A stretch of 64,000 nt of DNA, taken from NCBI GenBank assembly GCA_012295275.1, contig CM022670.1, forward strand, positions 41,168,001-41,232,000, written 5' to 3'. The notes beneath the pieces are model-generated. The model worked only from the letters and a program-made list of their open reading frames with translations. It was not told where the DNA came from and did no database searches. The position numbers were made by a program, and so were the translations under genes. Of the stretch, positions 23,261-35,883 are shown one piece after another. Each line of letters starts with the position of its first letter. Positions within the stretch are counted from its first letter, which is position 1. This stretch comes from Chrysomallon squamiferum. Lineage: Eukaryota; Animalia; Mollusca.

Positions 23261-24589
23261 AAACTGATTTTTAAAGGTGAAAATTACCATGAGTTATACC
23301 TGTGATCAACAAACATATCTAAAAGGATACAATACTACATTTGAATGTGACTTATTATTTATTGCATTACAATATGTGCTAATTAATTTTTATACCTTTC
23401 TGTAAAAAAAAAAAAAAAAATGATATTTATAGTTTTCTTTTAAGAACAGTTTTTTAATATATATTATATATAAAAAATTTCAGTAAAGCACTGTGTTTTT
23501 AATATGTAATTACATGCTCTGTTTAATGTTTATGCTGTTAATGGAAAAATAATTTATCTAATTTGAAGATGTTTATAATGATGAAGTTGGTATGAAATAA
23601 AATAAAGAATTACTGGCCAATTCAAGCACAATATTTCTCCAAGTTGACCTGACTAAGGATGTAATAATTCTGTGATATGAATGAAAAATTCAGTTACAAA
23701 AGGGCTTAGAATCCATTTTTTACTTATGGACTGATCGATAATGATTAATCATTTCTTCAATCTAATTAGTTATAAAATCAATGACATCCAACAGTAAAGA
23801 ATCAGTGATTTGTTAATGATAGCGCAAAAGTTCTTTCCATCTTTTTAAGTTCTGCTGTTTGTTTTTGTTTTAAATGGTATGTAAGTTCTTTTGCAGATAA
23901 GCTCTTCAAATAAATCTTGCTGTTAAAATGGTTCACACACTGTAAATGTATTCATCTACTTTTTTCATTTCCTTGTTAATCTGTGATAGACTGTGCCAAA
24001 TAGTTTTATGTACTTAATTTTATTGAATAAATGTATGATTAATGTTTATGTAAAACTGAAATGAAGAGCTATGTCTGAAAGATTTTATAACTTTTTTAAT
24101 CAATATTTTGTGCATATTATAATTTATGTGTACAAAATACACAATACAGTTACACGTTCTGTGAAACAAAGGTTGAATTTAGACATGGTGTGTTCAGTTT
24201 TATTGCTGAATTCTGTTTGTCTTGCATTAAGAGAGAATAAGAATTAAATCAGCTGAAATATGGAGATATCTCTTCAGCTTTTAGTTGTAAGTTGGAAATA
24301 ACTGAATAAATGTTTGGTCTGAATACTTCTTAAAAACATTTAAATATGGATACGGTGTTTGACATGTTTTTTTATTATGATGAGTGTCTGAGAGAGAAAT
24401 TCTGCTGATACTATTCTTGTAATAAGTCTTGTAACAAGTTTTCATTTGTGCCAAGATCCAAAGAAATCCCAAAGACAACAAGAATATTTATTCTAATCTG
24501 TCGTTTCCTATAAGTAACTGTTGTTTTATCAGTGCCTTTATTTAGTGATGTTCAATTCTAAAATTTCATTTTGTTAATTTTCATTATAT

Positions 24590-25362
24590 ATTTTCTTGTT
24601 TTAATATTATTTTCCTACAAATTGTTTTAGTATAATAAAATAGATATTTACATAAATTTAATTTATAATTATATGAACTGTATGATTTTTTAATGCAATG
24701 TGACTGTTAATATATTTATTTTATATGCACATATCTTTTTTGTTTTTAAACAGTATTTATTAATCCAGGTATTTATAAATTAGGACATTCCTAAATCTCT
24801 TTTTAATGATTTACTTAAATATTTTAAAAACTGGGATTATTTTACTTTATATTTACATACATTTTTAAGCATTTTATAAAAATTTCATTCTTCACTTTAG
24901 CTCACTGGGTTTAAGTTTTATAACTTTCTTTAACAAAATGAATAGTATAATAATAGTAAGAAAAATGATAATAATCGTGGTAATTTTGAAATGAATATGT
25001 GAAGCAGTACAGACTATAAGAGAACAAGCTGAGACTTTCTGAACTTTTTTATTTAAAAAAAATTAATTTTCTATTGGTTATGAAATCCTTTATAGTGTTT
25101 TCTTGTTTTAATATTATTTTCCTGCAAATTGTTTTAGTATAATAAAATACATATTTACATACATTTTATTTATAATTATACGAACTGTACGATTTTTTAA
25201 TGTAATGTGACTGTTAATATATTTATTTTATATGCACATATCATTTTTGTTCTTAAACTGTATTTATTAATCCAGGTTAACCATCATTTTGTAGAAATTT
25301 TATACAGATATATATGTGTGTGTGTTTGTTTGTGTGCGTACATTTATACAAAATAATAGATA

Positions 25363-25422
<60 letters not shown>

Positions 25423-25840
25423 AATAGAATATGTTTTATATTTGGGGGTTTTACTAGATTTTATTTATTTACATGTTAATTTTCATTCAGTGAAAGAAAT
25501 AATTGGCTTTTAGTTTGTTTTATAAATTAGGGCATTCCTTGAATGTTTTCTTCTCTTTTTAATGATTTACTTAAATATTTTAAAAACTTGGATTATTTTA
25601 CTTTATACTTACATACATTTTTAAGCATTTTATAAAAATTTCATTCTTCATTTTAGCTCACAGGGTTTAAGTTTTATCTTTCTTTAACAAAATGAATAGT
25701 ATGTTAATAGTAAGAAAAATGATAATAATCATGGTAGATATTTTGAAATGAATATAATGTGAAGCAATATAGACTAACAAAGCTGAAACTTTCAGAACTT
25801 TTTTATTTAAAAAAATAAATGTTCTATTGGTTATGAATCC
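24590..25840. repeat. Local tandem duplication in the TRP 3' flank (~24590-25090 / ~25095-25840)
   Basis: 'aaattgttttagtataataaaata' and 'tttttaagcattttataaaaatttcattcttca' each occur twice in colinear order. The first copy lacks the middle (TA)n segment. Confidence 0.85.
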
Positions 25841-26821
25841 TTTGTAGTGTTATTAGTTACAATTTGACATTTTATTTTTTTATATTTAAATATTTCTGTA
25901 AGGTCTAATGTCTCAATTATTTACCTCCCCATCCTAGAGAATGAAAAGTTTGAGAATTATTTTTTTATATTTTTTTAAATCACATTTCAATAATCATCTA
26001 CATGTATACAATAGTTAATAGTATGATTAAAAATGATTGAAAATCATGTTGTTTTGTTAATGATATTTAGTTCTTATTTACTTTGTATGGCCATAAACCT
26101 AAAAACAAAAGAGAGAAAGAAAAGATATCCCAAAAAATTAACTGAATGGAATGTTTTAAAATAACAAGAAACTGATTTACAAGTGAAAATGTACCCAAAA
26201 TGATAAAATGAAGTCATTTTACCTCTTTCTCAAATAAAGAACAAACAAAACAACCACAGTATCAATAAATAAAAAATAAAAATAAAAATAATAATAATAA
26301 TAAAAATCTAATAATAAAACTATTGAAAAAAGCAAAATTGTTATTTTGAAAGTAAACTCAGTTTGTCATTTTTAGTTTTTTATTTCACTGGGAAAATCTG
26401 CAAGAGTTATTTTTGAAAGTGTGTCTGATTTATCTTCAAGTCTTTCTTTTCATATAAGCTGGTAAAGTTTATGACTTAATGAAACAACTGAAATTTCATA
26501 TAAACTTCTCAAATTTTATTCACACAAAATCTAATTCTTCATCTGATATCATCAAGTATGATTTTCTCTCTTCATCCAATATTCTAACAGCGACAACTCC
26601 AAAAATAAAAGGAATTAACTGTAATAAAATTATTTGTGTACTGAAATCATTTCAATGAAGAAAAACTATGTAGATGTTTCTGTTCATCACTTTCTTCAAG
26701 GAAATAAAAGCAATACTAACTGCAGTTAATGAAGGCTATATTATATGATGTTTTTTCTCACAGAGACTGGAATGATAAACATTTGTAGCAGTGCCACATG
26801 ATATTTGTAATTATAATCACT

Positions 26822-28142
26822 TCATTCTGCAGCAGTTTTGTCAAATCTCGGTAAAACTGGGAGAATCAGATTTCCAAATGATGAATCTTGTGTGATGTAA
26901 AAACCTACTGAATTGGCATGAGCATGCTGAAAAGAAATGAGAAAGATTATTCATTAATAATTAAAAACATTTCTGCTGTTAATAAGGAGTATAATTCAAA
27001 ATATCATTTAATACGTACATACACACACATTCTTTGATGTTAAATTCAAGCAAAATAATGTTTAAAAGTTGAAAAGGATTAATTAGTAGTATTAACAGAA
27101 TGCTGTAGTATTAACAGAATGCTGTTGTTAACAGAATGCTGTAGTATTATCAGAATGCTGTTGTTACCTGAAGTGCTGCTCTTTGTTGTGGTGTCATATG
27201 TTGCTGGTCTGTGTACAACTGCACCAAAAAAAAAAATAAGTGAATAAATTATTTTTTAAAACATTCCGAAATGTAATTGAGATATAACGTTAAAAATGTG
27301 AAATTGATTAATTAAACATCACTTACAATTGATGCTGGGGCTTGCTGAGGCTGAACTGGAGGAACTTGGCTACAGGCAATATAAAAAATAATAATAATAA
27401 TAACAAATTTTTAATTTTAAAACATTGAAAAAGTTCTACATTATACATGGTTTGGACAACTTAATTTTAGAATAAATCAATATGTGAATATTTCTGTTTT
27501 TATTTATCTACAAACTGGTAAGTAAACTGATTATAAATCAGTATGTTCACATGAATGACAGTTGTAAACTAACCATAACTGAAACAAAGAGTTTAACCAT
27601 AAAGGGTGTAAAAATATTAACAATTAACATAATTTAAAAGGCAACTGAATTTATATAAATATAAATATTTATAATTCATAAGGGAATTTTCTGATATTTT
27701 TTTTATATATAATGATTCTTGATAAATTAATTTTAAACTTTATTAGGATATCTAAAATTACCTAATAGCTGGAGGACGAACACTGGCACTTTTTGTTGGT
27801 GTTGTCGCTGTAGGCGTAGCTGCAACAGCACCATGAGATTGCAACTGAAGTCTTTTCTTCTGTTCTTCCAGCTGTTCCAACAGATTACGATTTTTTGTCT
27901 CTAAGGACAAACAATTATTCATATAATAATAAAATTTCGTAAATGTTATTTAATTGAGTATTATTCTAGAAATACTGAAAAAACCACAATTTAAAATAAA
28001 TAAATAAATAAATAAATAAAATTAATTAATTAAACAAAAATTAAAATGCTTTTATTTAATTTTATTTAATTTTATTATGTTTTTACTTTTCATCTCAGAC
28101 TTTATTTGTACCTTGACTAGAACTGGTTGCTTGAAATGCCAT
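26822..28142 (-). CDS. INIP: SOSS complex subunit C (INTS3- and NABP-interacting protein), 122 aa
   Basis: Minus-strand exons 28142-28112, 27900-27762, 27369-27327, 27218-27168, 26926-26822 (369 nt, phases consistent). Protein: MAFQATSSSQETKNRNLLEQLEEQKKRLQLQ...LYTDQQHMTPQQRAALQHAHANSVGFYITQDSSFGNLILPVLPRFDKTAAE*. The C-terminus matches the INIP signature AALQHAH..S.G..ITQDS.FGNLILPVLPR. Confidence 0.95.
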
Positions 28143-28388
28143 TGATATGTACACTGCGAATTGCTATGAAATTTTGTAGAATAAAATCATTTAATCATTT
28201 AGATCTTGGAAATCTTCACAAAATAGAATTCTCCGCTATTATATCGCTTACATCATTTCAAAACGTGTGGGTTCGAATCGCTTATTTCCATTGGTCCATT
28301 CGTGTAGTTACTACACCAATGCTTGTTTTTGTCTTACAGTTCTTTATTTTCGTGTATTACAAGCGACCAACCGGCTGTCAAAATCAGA
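28143..28388. promoter_or_regulatory. Compact bidirectional promoter shared by INIP and SNX30/7
   Basis: Only 246 bp lie between the divergent ATGs. The region retains CpGs and has oppositely oriented CCAAT boxes (attgg ~28290, ccaat ~28316). Confidence 0.75.
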
Positions 28389-31300
28389 ATGGCTGAATCA
28401 GAAGGAAGTGCTGATTTGAAAGAAGAAGAAAACAATTCTTCATCGCCTTCGGATGATGTAGCCAAGTTTAAAGACCCATTACTAACAGGTCTTGACAGAG
28501 ACAGTGACGATGATGGGGTAAAATAATAATAAAATACTAAATAAATTATTTATTTTATATGGAATAAACAATGATTCGTTACAATGGGGGTGGGGCTTGT
28601 TTTCAGTCGATAAGAATTAAAGAATCGCGGAAAACATATAATTTACAACCGACAGATATAAAGTTATATCGAAATCATGCAGTACTTTATATCAAAGGCT
28701 ACTTTGGCATGTCAAATGTAAAGAATACATTTTTTTTTTTTTTTTTTATTTTTTTTTAAACTCCATATTAATACATACATTTATTACTTTCACTTAACAA
28801 AGTAATAATATTAAAAATATCTGTGGCAGTAAAAATAATTTTGCATTATATTACACAGTTCTTTCTTTCAGACGATTTTAGATGTAACATTTTACATTTT
28901 TACCATGATGGCATAATCACTATCAGAATATAATTGGTAGTAAATAATTTTGTACATCGACAGCGTGTATACGTAATAACTCATATACGTTTCAGATGGA
29001 AAGTCTTGACCTTGATGCATCAGGACGTTCGGACAACACAGTGTCAAGAAGTTCTAGCCTGATCGCCAACTTTCATCTTGAAGACTACCAAGATGGAGAA
29101 ACAAAAGATCTCTTTGTGTTTGTTGACAATCCAGAAAAACACAGCGGTACCATAGAAACATACATCACATTCAGAGTAACCACAAAGGTATGGCATTGAA
29201 TTATCTCCATGGTAACAAAATAATCAGCATTTTAATCAACCCTCATTACGTATGTGTGTGTGTGAGTTATTTATTGATACAGATTTCTGATTAACTATTA
29301 CCATCAAATTTTTTTATCCATAAACATAAAATGTAAATAAGACATTCTCTATAAGGCCTGTAGGAAGAATTCATTTAGATGGAATTGAAAGAAAAGAAAG
29401 ATATTTGTTAAATGTTTTTCTTACACAGAGCTGGAAGTATGTTTAAAATGTTAATCTTTTACTTGCAGACAACTAGAAGTGTTTTCGATGCCACTGAGTA
29501 CAGTGTGAGAAGAAGATACAATGATTTTCTCTGGCTGAGACAGAGACTTGAAGAAACGTACCAGACACACCTAGTTCCAGTGAGTCTGTTTTTAAAGTGT
29601 ATCTGTGTATATCTCAAACATTCATTTTCATACAAGTTTCCTAATTTTTACTTTCAAGCTGAATTTCAAAAGAGCCATGATTATTCAGCAGGCTTGATGA
29701 TATTTTTTTGTTAGGATATCATCCTAGGAATATTTTAGGACAAACAGTTTTGTGATCATGTTAATAAAATTAAATAAACAAATATTCATTGACCAGTTTC
29801 GTTGTAATAGTAATGATGAGGATAATAGTAATAATGGTAATGGTAATAATAAAACGATGATGATGATGTTAATAATAATGATGGTGACATGATGTTGGTA
29901 ATGATTTTGATAATCATCATAAAATGAATATATTAAAATTTCTGTCAGCCGCTACCAGAAAAGCACAGTCTGAAGAGACTTGACCGGTTTAGTGCTGATT
30001 TCCTGCGAGTCAGACAAGCAGCTCTTCAGAAGTTCCTCACCCGACTGGCTGACCACCCTGTGCTGTCCTTCGACAAAAGTTTTCAAACCTTTCTTACATC
30101 AAAGGCTTGGGTAAGTCAAACAACGAGGATACTAAATGTGAAGGTGTTAGGCCTCTTAATACAATATCAGAATCAAAGGGTAGGAAATGTAATTAAATGG
30201 AAGGTGTTAGGCCTCTTAATACAATATCAGAATCAAAGTCATAGGTAAGTAAAATAAATAACAAAATGAAATGTAATTAAATGTGAAGGTGTTAGGCCTC
30301 TTAATACAATATCAGAATCAAAGACATAGGTAAGTAAAATAAATAACAAAATGAAATGTAATTAAATGTGAAGGTGTTAGGCCTCTTAATACAATATCAG
30401 AATCAAAGACATAGGTAAGTAAAATAAATAACAAAATGAAATGAAATTGTTTTAGGCCTCTTATATTAAGATCAATCAAAGGCATTTATAAGGAAATGAA
30501 ATTGTTTTATTCGATCAAACAAATCTTAATCAGATAAACAGATAAAGTCAGATAAACAAGGAAATGAAATTGTTACAATTGGACTAAAGGTGTGAATGTG
30601 TTAGGCCACTTTTTACGAGATCAGAATGGTTCAAATGCATTTTGTTTGTTTGTTTGTTTGTTTCAGGAATTCCAAGCTTACAAAAAGCAGGGTTCGGGTT
30701 TAATTACTCGAGTGACTGATTCTCTTCACAACATGGGTGCATCGTACATGATGAAGAACCGACCTCCAGAGTTCATGACGATGCATGACTACATCAACAC
30801 TTTCAGTGACAAGGTTGGGGTGATGGATCGGATAGCGACCCGGATTCTCAAAGAACAGACAGGTAAGAGTAAAGATTTGTATTTTAATGCATCCATTTTA
30901 GACTGGGCTTATTAGAAATGACTTTATAACTTTTTGGATTCGAATTATAAAAAGTATGTTAATTTTTGTTTTTATATTTGGAGATATGTTATTTTTCCAA
31001 TTTATGTAAAAATAGTATCACAAAAATAACTTAATGCAAGAAAAGATATTTCAGTGCAGCCTTGTTGCCATGGAGAATAACTCCATTGAAATTTCAGAAT
31101 CATCCATTTTAGTATTATGTTTCATGCCAAATTCATTTCCTGTTGATTAATATTTTAAAACTGAGTCCCCAAGTCCTCACTGATCAGTGTTATCTGAAAG
31201 TTTTGATAATCAGCAGAAGTAATATGTGTGATATGTCACACAAATGTTAGTGATGCAATCACTTGTTTTGTTTGTTTAATTACAATTAGTTGGAATACTG

Positions 31301-34039
31301 ATATGTGAGGATTGTGTCGGAGGAAAATAGAAAATAAATCCTGCTTTAAATCTGTCAGTCTTCACTAGACTGGTTGTTTCTCTAGGTATTTGTAAATACA
31401 TAATGTTTCTTTCACAGATTATTTGAATGATTTAAATGAATGGGGTCCTGTTTACACTTTGTGGTCAAATTCCGAGGATCAGCTGAGTTCATCTCTGCTG
31501 TACATGTCCAAAACTATAGACAGGTGTTGTCAGGCTCTGAAAGAAGTCGTGAGTTTTATTTCACTTCTTAAAGTTTAATACAAATTAATGTACATATTTA
31601 ACATTGTATACAATCTCTGAAAGAAGAGATTAGTTTTATTTCACTTTTTACAATTTTATCCAAATTTATGTACATATTTAACATTACTTACAAATGTGTC
31701 CAACCTGTGAATGAAGAGATTAGTTTTATTTTGCTTCTAAAAATTTATTCACGTCTTTAAATTTCTGTACATGTTTAAAACTTTAGACCAGTTAAAAAAT
31801 GTAGCCAAATTTTTCTATTGTTATATATAAGTGATAGATGCAGTAGATATTATACTGATATTTTTATTAGTATTTAACTGTGCAGCTCTTAAACTTTAGT
31901 AGAAATATGACCTGTATGTATTTGTTACGACACAAATAAAATTATGTTTCATCACTGGTAGTTACAGTCTGATGTTTATTGTTTAAAAATTGTCTTAGAT
32001 TGATGCCACGGACGATAATCTGACCCAGCCTCTCAGGGAATACATCCTGTACTCTGACTGTATAAAGGTTTGTTTTCATTTTTTATTACTGAAATAAATC
32101 TAAATTATAAACGATTTCATGTCTTCAAGATTCTTTTTTTTTTAAATATCATTAAATTAAGTAATTCAGATTGATCTGTAGATACGTGTTTGTTTCTCTT
32201 TCCTTCCTTCATATAATGAATAAATTCAAATTGATCTCTAATTATGTGTCTGTTTTTCTTTTTCCTTTTTCCTTTTTTTTTTTAATAAACAAAATTTTAT
32301 ATCATGATTTATTTGTTTGTAAGCATTTAAGAAATTTTGATTTATTATGGATTGTGTTTTTATATTTAATTATTTAAATTTTGTTTTCATACCAAGATTT
32401 ATTTGTTTATAAACATCTTACAGATCAAATAAATATTTTGTGGATTGTTTTTTCATATTTAATTTTATTTATTAAAATGTTGCTGTTGTACTGATGAAAT
32501 GTACACTATTAATAAGTTCATTTGTATTATTATTATATTTATTTTTGCTACTACTGCTGATACTTTTTCTACTATAACTCCCATTACCACTATCACTGCA
32601 TCATCATCATCAGCAGCAGCATTACTCTTATTGTCACTGTTATTGATATTGATACTGTCACTGTAATTAATAATGATGTTACTGTTATTGATATTGTCAT
32701 TTTATTTATCCTTGTCATTGTCATCATCAGTTTTATTGTTATGTCATTAATAATGGTAATGATGCTGTCATTGTTGCTGTTGTCACTGCAGGCTGTGTTA
32801 CGCAGACGAGATGCTATGCAGATGGAGTATGACATGATAGTGGATGATCTGAACAAGAAAAAAGAAGAACGAGAACAGGTGATTAAAAAATATTTTACTT
32901 AATTATTTCATATAAAACCATGTATTAGTCTTACTTCCTGTTACATTTAAAATGTTTTCATTTAATGCCAAGTTTACATTTGTATTGTAATACACATATT
33001 AATCTGGGCCTAAAAAAAAAAAAAATCAATATATAGACGTTTTGATTAGACCGACATATTTCTTTATTGTCTGTAACTGTTGAAATTTTCAGTTGAAGGC
33101 CTCAGACCAGACTTACTCAATTGGTGCTTTTCTTGGCAAAGATCCTGAAGACGTCAAACAACAGAAGCAAGAGAAGTTAGAACAGCAAATACGAGAGGTA
33201 AAACTAAAAGAAAGAAACTCATAAACAAATAAAAACTTAAAATATAATATTAAAAAAAAGAAGAAAAAAATGTTAGAAGAACAAACAAAATGTCACTTGA
33301 AATTATACAAACTGTTTTTATTATAACTGTCAAAAATTTAAACATTTTTCTCTAAATAATCTATTAGTACCATGAAATCTTTTTTTTTTTTTAAATATTT
33401 ATAATGTAAAAAAAATCATTGTGGAGTGGATATTTGTAATGAAAACGCTGTTGTGACAGTTGACGTATCAGATGGAGATGCTGAATGACAGGACGGTGGT
33501 GGCCAACGCTGACCTCAAAGCAGACATGGAGCGCTGGCACAAGACCAAGCAGCGAGACATGAAGGAAATCCTCCTCAGCATGGCTGACAGGCAGATTGCC
33601 TACTACGAAAAGGTTTCTTGTTTATTTGTAAATCAGAACTACATAATCCAATACTAAAATATAGTCTGCTAATTTAAATATATTTATACATGAGAAAACA
33701 TTGATGCTATTGTCATAATTGTCTCTCTGTGTGTGTGTTGTGTCTCTGTGTGTGTGTGTGTTGTGTGGGGGGAATAACTGGTGACTATCTTAAGATATCA
33801 GGCTTACCCTGCAAAGGTGAGAAAACCAATTTGCAGCTGCCCAAGCTACCTTGGGCCATTTAACTTGAGCAAGATGAAACTGATGTCTTTAAATAGTGGG
33901 TTGATGCATAATGATTCCATTTATACTATATATGTCAAAACATAGTATTTGTTATATAACAAAAAGTTATTTGCTGAATGTTTTTTTTAATGAATTTTCA
34001 AAATGGTATTTTAAGATTTAAACCAGCAATTAAATGCTA

Positions 34040-34072
<33 letters not shown>

Positions 34073-34576
34073 ATATATATTTGTTTATATTTACTCTGTG
34101 ATATATTTGTTTATAACAGTATTAATTACTCTGTGAGATATTTGTTTATATTTACCTGTGATATTTGTTTATGTTTACCTGTGATATATTTGTTTATATT
34201 TACCTGTGATATTTGTTTATGTTTACCTGTGATATATTTGTTTATATTTACCTGTGATATTTGTTTATATTTACCTGTGATATTTGTTTATATTTACCTG
34301 TGATATTTGTTTATATTTACTCTGTGATATATTTGTTTATATTTACTCTATGATATATTTGTTTATATTTACCTGTGATATTTGTTTATATTTACCTGTG
34401 ATATTTGTTTATGTTTACCTGTGATATTTGTTTATGTTTACCTGTGATATTTGTTTATGTTTCAGTGCCTGTCAGCTTGGGAAGATGCAATCAGAACATT
34501 TCAGTTCACAGGAGAGAAGAAAGGGGAGACAACCACTGAAAAACAAACAGAACCAACAACAGATTCCACAACATGA
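28389..34576 (+). CDS. SNX30: Sorting nexin of the SNX7/SNX30 (PX-BAR) group, 481 aa
   Basis: Exons 28389-28517, 28996-29187, 29469-29579, 29949-30110, 30667-30862, 31418-31548, 31999-32067, 32792-32878, 33093-33197, 33460-33612, 34466-34576 (1446 nt). PX motifs: [48 protein letters not shown] end: [12 protein letters not shown]...CLSAWE. It is probably co-orthologous to vertebrate SNX7 and SNX30. Confidence 0.92.
30135..30470. repeat. ~85-bp tandem repeat in SNX30 intron 4, carrying repeated AG|GTAAGT motifs
   Basis: 'gaaggtgttaggcctcttaatacaatatcagaatcaaag' occurs four times and 'cataggtaagtaaaataaat' three times. Confidence 0.9.
34080..34462. repeat. Minisatellite, ~24-27-bp unit (tttacctgtgatatttgtttata), abutting the last SNX30 acceptor
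   Basis: About 14 tandem copies ending at 'ttgtttatgtttcag|' (34465). Confidence 0.92.
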
Positions 34577-35431
34577 AGAAAACAACAACAACATAAACTT
34601 TTATTAGTCAAAGCAATCCACCATCCTAGCAACACATGTCAGGTTTTTTTTATTTTCTTTGTATTCTCACATTAAAAATTATTTTTTGGGGAACATTATA
34701 TATATTTTTGATATGAGTTGATTTCATCAGTTTTTGTTACAATTGATTTTTATTTATTAAATCACTGAAAAAGGAAGAAAAAAGTGAGAGAGAGGTTTGT
34801 TTTGCTTTGATGATTTTTATATATTTTTTTTTAAATGTGATGAGCACACAAGTTTTGTTATTACTCAATTTATATCACTTTCTGGATATTTTTTAACATA
34901 GAGCTGTTACTGCTCATGCTGTGAAAAAAACTAAATGTTTTTTTTGTTTTTTTTAAATTATACAGAACTGTAAAGTCGCACAATGTTTTTTCTTTAGAAT
35001 GAGAAACTAATGGTCTGCAGAAATGTGCCAAAATGTTCTGTTTGCTCTGCCACAGTTTGTGTAGTGTCACTTTAAGTCTACACACAACAGTGAGACTTTC
35101 ATCAGTGTAAAACCTGTATTAAACTATAACTGTATAAAAAAACTTAACTCAGTAACATTTAAACAGGACTGTGTATACATTCCAAATCAATAAATGATTA
35201 GAATAATGACGTTTTGTAAAATTTCTAAAAATTGTCGTCTTTATGAAAAAAACAGAAATAACTTCAGTACAGGTTTTTGTTATTTTATAGAAAGTTTGTA
35301 GAAAATTATGGTTTATAAGTTCTGCTACAGAGAACATGTGTTAATTTGAAACCACAGGTTCGGATCTTAACAAAGTCTGGTAAATCTTCAGTTCGTGGTT
35401 GAATTTAAATTTGCTGAGGTTGTAAGCTGTG

Positions 35432-35883
35432 TAAGCTGCAGATGCTCTGTTTGTAAAGTGTTAAAACAGAACAAGGCTGTGAAGTGGCCTTTTCAGTTAG
35501 GTTCTAAGCTGCAGATGCTCTGTTTGTCAAGTGTTAAAACAGAACAAGGCTGTGAAGTGGCCTGTTCTTTGTTAGGTTCTAAGCTGCAGATGCTCTGTTT
35601 GTCAAGTGTTAAAACAGAACAAGGCTGTGAAGTGGCCTTTTCAGTTAGGTTCTAAGCTGCAGATGCTCTATTTGTCAAGTGTTAAAACAGAACAAGGCTG
35701 TGAAGTGGCCTTTTCAGTTAGGTTCTAAGCTGCAGATGCTCTATTTGTCAAGTGTTAAAACAGAACAAGGCTGTGAAGTGGCCTTTTCAGTTAGGTTCTA
35801 AGCTGCAGATGCTCTATTTGTCAAGTGTTAAAACAGAACAAGGCTGTGAAGTGGCCTGTTCTTTGTTAGGTTCTAAGCTGCAG
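35432..35883. repeat. 73-75-bp tandem repeat (six copies) downstream of the SNX30 stop, probably in the 3' UTR
   Basis: Unit taagctgcagatgctct(g/a)tttgtcaagtgttaaaacagaacaaggctgtgaagtggcc...gttaggttc, with 'taagct' starts at 35432, 35505, 35580, 35653, 35726, 35799 and 35874. Confidence 0.95.
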
